A stretch of 63,132 bases of DNA, the filler included, from Octopus bimaculoides (lineage: Eukaryota): NCBI RefSeq assembly GCF_001194135.2. It is 4 parts of 4 records of this genome, joined end to end, with 100 filler letters (N's around TTAATTAATTAA, not from the genome) between each part and the next. Parts side by side here need not be neighbours in the genome. Positions count along the whole stretch, not along the records: positions 26,475 to 57,822 come from NC_068982.1; positions 57,923 to 60,062 come from NC_068988.1; positions 60,163 to 63,132 come from NC_069002.1; 1 more part is not named here. One strand, written 5' to 3'. Under the pieces are notes generated by a model that worked only from the letters and a program-made list of their open reading frames with translations, ran no database searches and was not told the DNA's origin. A program made the translations under genes and the position numbers. Numbering within the stretch: position 1 is the first letter of the stretch; each line of letters opens with the position of its first letter. Shown one piece after another: positions 51,965 through 63,132 of this stretch.

Positions 51965-52300
51965 GTTTCGTTTTAGCTTCAAAGCTGCGGTCCTGCTGGG
52001 GTACTACCGTTGACTGTGCTACACCATACACCATTATCAGATACGTTCTCTGATAATGGTGGCAGTTGGTGAATGAGGGAGTTTGCCCTCATCTGTTTTT
52101 CCTGTCGTGATACCCCACGACAGGAAAAACAGATGAGGCTTATCTGGAACCCTTGACAGGAATAGATCCAGTTTTGTTTTGAAGACACGTACATCCTCAC
52201 CTTACAGGTCCTTCAGGCATTTTGGGAGGGTATTGAAGAGCTGTGGGCCCTTGAAACCCAAGCTGTTGCAGTATCTTGTCTTGTATTTTGATGGAGATGC
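51965..52300 (-). mobile_element. CR1/Jockey-like LINE 3' end containing two perfect hairpins
   Basis: CNSLGFKGPQLFNTLPKCLKDL*GEDVRVFKTKLDLFLSRVPDKP, then tail cggtagtaccccagcaggaccgcagc. Confidence 0.8.
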
Positions 52301-53506
52301 AGGGGTCGACGAAAGCTTTGTGGGTGGATTTCATAGGCGGAAATTGACAGCAGCCCGTCATGTATGTGTTTTTTGTGTATGTTTATCTTCGTTATGCGTG
52401 TGCGTGTGTGTGTGTGTATTCAAGTCTATATATACAACAGTAGGTATATATATATATATATATGATATAATATAATATAATATAATGCGCATATATAATT
52501 GTGCGTATACTCTCACAGAGAGAAGCACATAAGTAAATATATATACAACCTGAAAAACAGAGTAGAAAGAGAAAAGGAAAGACAATGATAGAGCTAGAGA
52601 GAGATACTGTGATAGTGAGACTTGCTAGAGAGAAAGTGAGAGAGATAGAAAGAGAAAGAGAGAGGGAGAGTATAGTAAGGTAGTTAAAAGCAGAATCTCG
52701 TGTCATTGAGAGATTTTACTGTAAATGGCGTATTTCTTTTTTTGTGTTGTTATTTCAATTTCGCTTGGTTTCGTTATTTTAATATTTTCATACATTAAAA
52801 ATATTTACATTTCTATATGCTTAGCATTATTACGCAGCTATTTACTGTAAATTTTAAAGCTCACCACTTAAAACAACTCATCCGTGAATTTCAAATCCAG
52901 TTATATATAATTTAAATAGGAATACTTATAACGCACCTATGTGTGTGTCTGTATTTGGCTACATACGCATGCGTACGTACGATTTTTTGTAGATATTGTG
53001 TCTATGTATGATTGTATTATTTTGAGATCTGATATTTTGCTTATAAGGTGATGCGATTGTACATGATGGCAGAACTGTATGCCTGCACAAAATCTACAAA
53101 CCACAGCTAACCCCTTACTCAAACGCACTCAAGCAAAAACACACGCGCATGCTCTCTCTTCCCCTCTCCCTCTCTCTCACACACACACGTGCACAAAAAC
53201 CTGTACACCCTATATTATTTATCACCAAGAAGCTACAACAGTGAATCCAAGGTTTAGAGTTTCACTCCAAAGCACTTACCAAATTGGAAAATATTTGAAA
53301 TATTTAATAAATAGAAGAGGTGTTTCGTTGGGAAAATGTGTTTAAAAGTCACACAAAAACACAGAATTTAAAACATACTATCAGTATAAACACATGCATA
53401 GACATGAATGCAATCTAAGTGAAATTAAACATAAATAGGATATATGTGCTTAAATACACACAAAAAGCTGTTACACTCATATAACTCACATATTTTAATA
53501 TACATA

Positions 53507-53716
53507 CGTGGTCTGATCAATAAGTATCCGGTCTGTTGCCAGAACAATGAAGTTAAAGCACTCAGAGTAAAGCCGCTTGCTTTATTTTGACATTAGACTC
53601 TGCTGTGCATGCGCATGGAGTATTAACGTTCTACTTCACACCCGTTGTCTACAGCAGTGCTTGGAAGGAAGATGTATAGCGTGTGATCGTCGCATTGACC
53701 ATGATAGAGAAAGTTG
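53507..53716 (+). mobile_element. Mariner 5' end, same family as 10524
   Basis: TA|CGTGGTCTGATCAATAAGTATCCGG; alignable to 10524-10725 up to the start codon. Confidence 0.85.
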
Positions 53717-54157
53717 CCATGGCGATACCAGCTCAGTATCGCCTTAAACCCCCTTGTGTCGAACGTGTCGCAACATATTTCATCTAAGTTGTGACATATT
53801 ATTACAAATGCTCGATAAATACTTTATATCAAGGAAGAAGATTCACTGGTACAACACGTATCAATGTGAATAAATAAATGTGTGCATAGCTTAGTGAATG
53901 GGGTGTTGCGCTCCCGATCGCTTGATCGTGGTTTCAATTTCTAGACTGGCGTGTGTGTTCTATTATCGAGTAAAACACTTTATTTCATTTTGCTCTGCAA
54001 TCATTTCGATATCTGAAGCTTGGCACACTTGTGCACTGAACAGGCAATGTGGATTTGAAAGAAAGAGTGAGTTTATGCAAACAGAAGCATTTGAACACTA
54101 TAAATAAAGTATATGCGTGGTTGTTCAGCAAGAAATTGTGGAACCCTCATATAACAT

Positions 54158-54201
<44 letters not shown>

Positions 54202-55297
54202 NNNNNNNNNNNNNNNNNNNNNNNNNNNNNNNNNNNNNNNNNNNNNNNNNNNNNNNNNNNNNNNNNNNNNNNNNNNNNNNNNNNNNNNNNNNNNNNNNNN
54301 NNNNNNNNNNNNNNNNNNNNNNNNNNNNNNNNNNNNNNNNNNNNNNNNNNNNNNNNNNNNNNNNNNNNNNNNNNNNNNNNNNNNNNNNNNNNNNNNNNNN
54401 NNNNNNNNNNNNNNNNNNNNNNNNNNNNNNNNNNNNNNNNNNNNNNNNNNNNNNNNNNNNNNNNNNNNNNNNNNNNNNNNNNNNNNNNNNNNNNNNNNNN
54501 NNNNNNNNNNNNNNNNNNNNNNNNNNNNNNNNNNNNNNNNNNNNNNNNNNNNNNNNNNNNNNNNNNNNNNNNNNNNNNNNNNNNNNNNNNNNNNNNNNNN
54601 NNNNNNNNNNNNNNNNNNNNNNNNNNNNNNNNNNNNNNNNNNNNNNNNNNNNNNNNNNNNNNNNNNNNNNNNNNNNNNNNNNNNNNNNNNNNNNNNNNNN
54701 NNNNNNNNNNNNNNNNNACACACACACACACACACACACACAACGCAGGCATAAACATTTATATTTGGATGTTAATGCCTATACATGTACAGAACAATGT
54801 ATGCATGACACCTTGAATGTAAATATTGTGTATCTGAAGAGCCTAAAATAGCTTTAATGATTCTCAAATGGTTTTGAAGAAAACTGGTGATGCATAGAAT
54901 AATTTAAAATAAAAGAAACAAGAACGTGCTGTGTTTGAAGTGATGTGGAAATTTATGGACGACAAGCTGTATTGGCTTATATTTTAAGAAGTCTGTTGAG
55001 ATAACTTTCTGGCTTTCGTCGCATACAAGAGAGCACTTGTGTAAGCGTCGAATGTTATGAATAGACTTGCGAGAATTTCATCAATGACCCTGTGGATTTT
55101 ATTTACTCAGTTTGGTGAAATCATCACTAATTACTTCTCGAATTTTATCCTGGCTCATCCAGGAGTGTAATCACCTACGTCGAATCGCTGCGTACTTCCA
55201 TCTCCTGGATCTTTTCTTGTTTACCTCTATATGTATGTATGTATGTATGTATGTACCTGTATGTATGTATGTTTTTCTATCTGTCAGTATCTGTCTG

Positions 55298-55360
<63 letters not shown>

Positions 55361-55567
55361 GTTTGTCTGTCGGTATGTCTGTCTGTCTGTCTGTCTGCCT
55401 GCCTGCCTGCCTGCCTGACTGCTTTTCTGTCTGTCTGCCTGTCTGTCCGTCAGACAAGTTCTTATTGGATAATCTTTTTCAGTCCATCATTTCAAAACCT
55501 TGCATAGTTTAAATGATAATCACTCTTTTATATTTGGTAAATGTAAATTTCCTCATGTGAAGGTATC

Positions 55568-55632
<65 letters not shown>

Positions 55633-56071
55633 NNNNNNNNNNNNNNNNNNNNNNNNNNNNNNNNNNNNNNNNNNNNNNNNNNNNNNNNNNNNNNNNNNNN
55701 NNNNNNNNNNNNNNNNNNNNNNNNNNNNNNNNNNNNNNNNNNNNNNNNNNNNNNNNNNNNNNNNNNNNNNNNNNNNNNNNNNNNNNNNNNNNNNNNNNNN
55801 NNNNNNNNNNNNNNNNNNNNNNNNNNNNNNNNNNNNNNNNNNNNNNNNNNNNNNNNNNNNNNNNNNNNNNNNNNNNNNNNNNNNNNNNNNNNNNNNNNNN
55901 NNNNNNNNNNNNNNNNNNNNNNNNNNNNNNNNNNNNNNNNNNNNNNNNNNNNNNNNNNNNNNNNNNNNNNNNNNNNNNNNNNNNNNNNNNNNNNNNNNNN
56001 NNNNNNNNNNNNNNNNNNNNNNNNNNNNNNNNNNNNNNNNNNNNNNNNNNNNNNNNNTATATATATATATA

Positions 56072-56530
56072 CAGGGTGCGTAAGATATTTGAGGACAGAT
56101 TTATGTTTGTAAAAAATAACAAATATATTAATAACAGTTAGTAACTTTAACTTTATTTATCAAAAAATGCTAGGAGGATAAAAATAAAAAAAACTTTTTT
56201 ATGATGTTATTCAATAAAGCCACATTCAGCTTCAATAACTGCTTCTATATGAGATTTAAATCATGTACATGCTAGAATCAAGTGGTCCTGGTTCATTTTG
56301 GACATTACTCTGACTATAGCAGCTTTCAAAGAATCTTTGGTATTAAGGCCATGTTCATTGACCTCTCTCTCTCAACAACGCTCCATTCGTAATAGTCCAA
56401 TGGATTGAGATCTGGGGAATTAGGAGGCCAAATGTTAGGGGTTATGTGATCATGAAAATGTTCCGCCATCCATTCCTGACTAAAATGTTTTGTCCACCAG
56501 CTCTCGCACGCACCTATTCCTCTCACTGCT
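56072..56530 (-). mobile_element. DD37D Tc1/mariner 3' fragment inserted in (TA)n
   Basis: QEWMAEHFHDHITPNIWPPNSPDLNPLDYY; terminus TA|CAGGGTGCG like 14854. Confidence 0.85.
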
Positions 56531-57752
56531 TTATGAAAATTGTTAATATATTACCTTGTATTTCTCTCGGTAATGTAAGTCAAGGAAGTTACAAGTAATT
56601 TTGAGAGCCAACCAAGAAGCAAAGTACTACAAAACATAAGTAATTATAGAAAATACTATGTGGTAATAATCGTACAAGACGTTCAAATATAGGCGCTAAC
56701 GCTATTATCATCAACAAACATTTAATGATGCTCAAGAGGAAGAAAACAGCAAGTGTGAATTTCATGACTTAGTATGTTTTCAGGTGCATCAACGGAGAAA
56801 CTAGAATGACTTGATTTCAACCCGAGATTGAAACGCTTAGTCGAGAGGACGCGTCTAACGTTACAGAAGACGCTATTCAAATTACACCTATTGCAAAAAT
56901 AAACGTGGAAATGTGTGCAATCAAATCTATCAGACAGTTGTTCAGAAAATTTTGACACAAAAAAGAAAAAAAAAATCAAAAAGAAAAGAGAAAAAAGAAA
57001 GAAAAGATAAAGCGTAATAAAATAAAATGAAGAAAAAAAAAACATTTTAGAAATCACTGTCATTGCAGCAATCTTTAACAGTTAACTGTGACGTTTCTGT
57101 ATAAAAAGGAAATCACACATACTTTGTTTCTTTTTTTTTTTACGACTTTCAAGAATTTATTCACAGTTTTATTAGATTGATAACTTTTTTTCTCTTTATT
57201 TTTATGAGGCAGGTATGAGAATTCAAATGAAACACACACAGGAAAAGTAAAAAGAAAAAAGGAAAATAAAGCAATTGAAAATAGACTCAAAAAGATGACA
57301 AGTGAAATTTAAATATACATGTGTGTGTGACTGTACGTGCGCGCGCGCGCGCGCGTAAAATAAACAAACACGTGTACGTAGAATCAACAAAACAAAATAA
57401 TCCGCAAAAAATGATTTCAATTCAACAGCTGGAGATTGAATACAGGCCAATCGCTAATATATTTTATTTATTTATATAAAATTGTTTCCTTTATATTTAT
57501 TTTCTGTGTAAATTTAATTTTTTTCTTCAACACCGCAAGGCAACACCGTATTGAAGTTTAGAAATCCTCAGGTGTGTGGTTTATGGAGTCTCTTTCTCTT
57601 TGCATACACACTACACACATTCCACACATAAACTCATACATACATATCACTTTTTTCATCTTAGTTGTACAGGGTTGTTCAAAAACATTTTGGAATTGGG
57701 TTATTACTGGGAGCTATTGTATCATGTGTGGAGGAAAGGAAATTTATACATA

Positions 57753-57822
<70 letters not shown>

Positions 57823-60162
57823 NNNNNNNNNNNNNNNNNNNNNNNNNNNNNNNNNNNNNNNNNNNNTTAATTAATTAANNNNNNNNNNNNNNNNNNNNNN
57901 NNNNNNNNNNNNNNNNNNNNNNTATGAGCACGTATATACATATATACATATGTGAATTTGTGTATATCTTCACCGGTTTCTAATTGAATTGATATATATT
58001 TAAATTGATGTTCCTACTTATGTATTTGTGTGCGAGGATGAGAGAGAAAGTGATTGAGAGAGAGAGAGATAGTGAGCGTTAGCGTATGTGTAAAGCACTT
58101 CTCAATCCCTAGTAATTTAGTTACATAAACTTCTTTGATCAAATATCAATCCCGGATATAATTTCCCATGAGTTTTCAACTCTTATATTTGTATTTCACT
58201 TAATTAAGGTTTCCAGACATAACTGAGGACATACACTTAAGCGATGTAGAAGTAACTCGAAAATATAGTTTCGACTAATTGAAGTTTGAATTAATTTTGA
58301 ACATTAGTGTTAAGCCTATAAATTAGATTAGAATTTTGCCCACATGTCCATCAGGAAGTTAGGGAGTGTAAACACACTATCAAACCATTTTAAGAACTTC
58401 AATTTATCGAATTGGCAGCGACGTTAGAGCGTCAGATAAATCGCTGTTTTAGTATTTATTCTGACACTCAAGGCATTTAGTTCAAAATTTCCCGAGCTCT
58501 ACATTACTTTTTATCCTTTCGTGGTCGAGGAAATTATGATTCTAAGGTCGTTGAATGGTAGAAATGAAAGAGCGAGTGCCTGCTTGTTATTTGTTTCTAC
58601 ACGTGTTTAAATTACAAAGGCCGTCGTAGCCTAGTGATATTGAAGATATCAATCACGTTGTTTAACATCACCATATTGTATCTTGTGTACTTTTGGTGAA
58701 ATCTATACTTCTGAGTTTCACGTCAGTGGTTTTCGATTTAAGGACACTTTCTTCTTAGTCTCCATGAACTAGTCTCGCGGCTCGTTTGCTGTGTTGGATA
58801 CTGCCTGTTCCGCTATTTAAAACGTAACAAATCCCATAATTTATCACCTAGGATACAGGGCTACACTACAACTTTTAGATGAGATGTTTGTGGATTCAAT
58901 CAACCTCTTTACTTGAATTTCCTGACTCCTGAATGAAGAACGGCAAAATTGTCTACGGCTGAACTTAAGATGCGTACATAAAATATTGGCACAAACAGTT
59001 TCAGGTCTTTTGTCAAAATGATCTAATGATTCTGCACATGTTACTCACTCAGGTGAGTAAGTCAGGTAATTCTTTTAGCGAATCAATAATAATGTGTACA
59101 CGTCACAATAGATAACATACTCATGACCCTTGTTCAATTTTACTTAGAATACTGAAGTATCTCATGAAAGTTCCAAAGTAAGGGCCTCATGTTTATTGGC
59201 TGATGTAGTAGCATGTCTCGACATCAGTTATGTTGAATAACAACTTAAGAGCGGGAAGGTTAGGCTGGCAATGCTTATCCTAACAGGCGGTCAACTATAA
59301 TTTAGCACTCATTCATAGTCTGCATGGTAAAAATAAATTGACCCAACTCGTAATATACAGTCGTAATGCAAGCCTGCATATTATAGTGTTAAGATATGAA
59401 AAAACTGCATTTTGACGACCGGCAATCCTCTGATCATAGATGTGATAAATCAAAGTTGATGTAAGGTTAAACAACAAGGACAATAACCAAGATAGAATTC
59501 CTGGTCAGAATTCATTGGAACGAATTCGAGAAAAAGGAACAAGCTGAAGGAAATCATCAAAACGAAACGAAACTATATGTACTTAAAAAATATATAATAT
59601 TTATTTTTTGTGATTTTTGTGATTTGTTTTCACTATGCGAAAAAATGTGTTTGGGATGCAACAAATTTCCTTTCTTTCGCTAATTAAATAATGGTTTCCA
59701 ATTAAATTTAAAATGCTCCATTCATTACAGATTAAATTTAAAACTACGTATTCAGGCATGTTTCTAACATTCGTATTTTAAATTCGGAATTTCTATTAAA
59801 ATTCTATTCTATATTATACATATATTGTTTCACTTTAGTTACGATAAATCTAGGGGCAATCAATTCTTTATTAAGCCAGGTTCCTGCTGACTCTATCCCA
59901 TATTTTCAGGTATATATGACGTCATTATCTAAACTATATTTCGCTTATGTAATAGAACTGTGACTCGAAGGAACTTTCGCTGATGTTCCGAGCTGGTATA
60001 GTAATAACTAGGAGGCACAAACGTGGTTTTGATGTAATTCAATATATATATATATATATATANNNNNNNNNNNNNNNNNNNNNNNNNNNNNNNNNNNNNN
60101 NNNNNNTTAATTAATTAANNNNNNNNNNNNNNNNNNNNNNNNNNNNNNNNNNNNNNNNNNNN

Positions 60163-60189
<27 letters not shown>

Positions 60190-60193
<4 letters not shown>

Positions 60194-60375
60194 GTTGAAA
60201 TTTACTGAAAGACAGAAGACGATGATAGGTGTACAAACAACAAACAGATGTATTAGTTTGACGCTCGGGAAGGTGAGAAAGTCTTTTACGTTTCGAGCCT
60301 ACGCTCTTCAACAGAAAGGAACACGAGGAAATAAACAGAGAGAGAATAAAATAACTTTTGGAGTTAGCAGTCAGT
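60190..60375 (-). mobile_element. Hammerhead-bearing repeat (family 2), second copy
   Basis: Homologous to 9790-9969; 3' end abuts (TA)n. Confidence 0.8.
60283..60318 (-). ncRNA. Minimal hammerhead motif (family 2), CUGUUGA core variant
   Basis: CUUU-CUGUUGA-A-GAGC-guag-GCUC-GAAA-C-G-UA-AAAG; perfect helix I and II, ACGU palindrome. Confidence 0.65.
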
Positions 60376-61072
60376 ATGTGTGTGTATGTGTGTGTGTGTG
60401 TGTGTGTGCGCGTGTGTCTGTGTGTTTGTGTCTGTGTGTGTCTGTGGGTGTGTGTATACATATATACGAAGACGTGTAATTTTGCCGTTCCTTTGGCAGA
60501 AAATATTGGCCAAATCGTCCCCGAATACCTAGTATGATCAGAAACAAAATTTGAACATATTGTACACAGTTCAATGTATCATTGCTGTTAATTTCTCGAT
60601 ATTTTTAATCACACATTTTTCTGAATCACACAGTCGTTCTTACCCTAAACATCAAAATCATTTTCTAGATTAATTTTTCTTAGATTTTTAAAGTGGGGCA
60701 TATAGCTAGAGACAATTAAAATCAAGCTGTCCGGCTTCATATATATACATGCATGCATACAAGATATATACACGCATTCATGGATATATACACGCATACA
60801 TACATTCGTTTATACATACGCATGACTTCACATTTATCATTAATATTTGGTGCCTTTGGTTTTGTGAGTAAATGCAAAAATGTCTGTAAGCGGAACAGTA
60901 TAAATATGCGAATCTTTCCTCAAGTTCAAAATATGAGTTTGTTTATGTTATCTACATTTGTATGACGGAACTTTGTGTCTTTGTTAGAAGCCAGCGCCTT
61001 CCTTACAGGAAGACTTCAAATAATTAAAAACAGATGAGATCACACACGTGTGTGTTTATGTGTGGAAGTATG

Positions 61073-61103
<31 letters not shown>

Positions 61104-61469
61104 GTGTGGAAGTATGTATATATATATATATATATATATATAAAGTTAATAAGATCAGGAGAACGGTGATTTGCACATCGAATTTTATTATACAGTTAAT
61201 CACATCGTTCTTGCTCTTGAAGAAGGTTGTGATTAACTGTACCGTAAAACTTGGTTGCACAAATCTCCGTTCTCCTGATCGTTATCAATTTCATTATTTT
61301 TTCTCTACGGACATTATGCAGTCCTTAAGGAGATTAGGATTTACGAAGTGACGATTGACCGAATATAGTTAATTCTAACTAATTTTAACTAAATTCAATC
61401 ACGTTCAACATTCAATGTGGCTAGACAGCATTATTAACCGATTATTTTAACGATAAGCATAAATCTAGA

Positions 61470-61812
61470 AATTTAGGTGGAAGGAGTTAGTCGATTACAT
61501 CGACCCCAGTGTAACACTGGTACTTACTTTATCGATCCCGAAATACACGAAAGACAAAGTCAACCTTGGCGAAATTTGAGCTCAGAACATAAAAAAACGG
61601 ACGAAATGTCGCCAAGTATTTTGTCCGGCGTACTAACGATTCTTTCAGCCCGCCACCTTAAGTATAATGATAATCCGTTTTACTGTAGGCACAAGGCCTG
61701 ACATTTTGACCTCGGCGGAATTTGAACTCAGAACGTAAAAACGGACGAAATGTCGCTCCGTATTTTGTCCGGCGTGCGAACGATTCTGCCAGCTCGCCGC
61801 CTTTCGCTACCT
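61470..61812 (-). mobile_element. Tandem Meta/MESC-like SINE segments, CpG-rich
   Basis: One full copy (~61470-61640) plus a repeated head gaatttgaactcagaacgtaaaaacggacgaaatgtcgc (~61715-61805). Confidence 0.75.
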
Positions 61813-62282
61813 TCNNNNNNNNNNNNNNNNNNNNNNNNNNNNNNNNNNNNNNNNNNNNNNNNNNNNNNNNNNNNNNNNNNNNNNNNNNNNNNNNNNNNNN
61901 NNNNNNNNNNNNNNNNNNNNNNNNNNNNNNNNNNNNNNNNNNNNNNNNNNNNNNNNNNNNNNNNNNNNNNNNNNNNNNNNNNNNNNNNNNNNNNNNNNNN
62001 NNNNNNNNNNNNNNNNNNNNNNNNNNNNNNNNNNNNNNNNNNNNNNNNNNNNNNNNNNNNNNNNNNNNNNNNNNNNNNNNNNNNNNNNNNNNNNNNNNNN
62101 NNNNNNNNNNNNNNNNNNNNNNNNNNNNNNNNNNNNNNNNNNNNNNNNNNNNNNNNNNNNNNNNNNNNNNNNNNNNNNNNNNNNNNNNNNNNNNNNNNNN
62201 NNNNNNNNNNNNNNNNNNNNNNNNNNNNNNNNNNNNNNNNNNNNNNNNNNNNNNNNNNNNNNNNNNNNNNNNNNNNNNNNNN

Positions 62283-62460
62283 CATCCCCTTTACTAAAAC
62301 AAACCCGAACGCTAATATCACCAGAGCCACTGACACCACCAACACCAGCACCAGCACCACCACCATAACCATCCCCTTTACTAAAACAAACCCGAACGCT
62401 AATATCACCAGAGCCACTGACACCACCAACACCAGCACCAGCACCAGCACTACCACTAGC
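62283..62460 (+). repeat. 87-bp tandem repeat, 2 visible copies next to a 468-N gap
   Basis: Unit translates as IPFTKTNPNANITRATDTTNTSTSTTTIT. Confidence 0.9.
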
Positions 62461-62655
62461 ACCACCACCACCACCACCAGCGCCCCTCCTACTACCAGCA
62501 CCAGCACCCTCCCACCCACCTCCAGCACCACCACTATCACCTACATCACCACTCCAAAACCAATATCATCACCATCACCACACCACAGCCACATCACCAT
62601 CGACATCAATATCCTCCTCCTCCTCCTCCTCCTCCTCATTATCATGTGTCATCAC

Positions 62656-62690
<35 letters not shown>

Positions 62691-63132
62691 ATTTCCCACC
62701 ATTATTATTCGCTGCCTAATAATTACACCGCCATCCGCCCTCCCACCACCTCCCCTCACTCTCCACATCCTACCCTTACCAATAATATCTGTTTTACGAC
62801 ATAATACTTGGACTTTGGCAAAATCTATTAGAATCGAGAAGTAAATTGTTCTAAAACGTTATTGGTGATTGCAGTGGCATCAGATTCATTGTCACAGAAA
62901 CACACACAAACACACACACACACCATACACGCATACACACAAACACACACATACACATATGCACACGCAATATATATATATATATATATATATGCACACG
63001 CACTTATACACAAATATGTATGCATATATGCAATTGAATATGCTTATATTTGTGCGTGGTCGAGTATACACACATACTTACATGCATATAAACATATGCA
63101 TACACACACGCATATATATATATATATATATA

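Overview
AT-rich, microsatellite-dense eukaryotic DNA from a gapped draft assembly (many N runs, three with a TTAATTAATTAA spacer). The repeat vocabulary looks like Octopus, probably O. bimaculoides (my recognition, not a database result). I cannot support any host protein-coding gene; nearly all listed ORFs are microsatellite or gap artefacts, or decayed transposons. The window is a transposon graveyard: tRNA-derived SINEs of at least three families, R4/Dong-like, RTE-like and CR1/Jockey-like LINE fragments, Penelope-like (GIY-YIG) fragments, mariner and DD37D Tc1/mariner relics, a piggyBac-type MITE and a Helentron-type non-autonomous element. The strongest signal is five minimal type I hammerhead ribozyme motifs from three unrelated families. 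The best case is a TSD-flanked ~650-bp fold-back element (17308-17961). It joins a tRNA-Ile-like Pol III head, (AAT)n and a hammerhead-bearing tail, and has a Penelope-style inverted, tail-less upstream copy, so it may be a SINE mobilised by Penelope-like machinery. Also seen: a CpG-decay boundary near 26 kb, several fold-back palindromes and a locally templated insertion. Coordinates were counted by eye; ends of decayed repeats are approximate.
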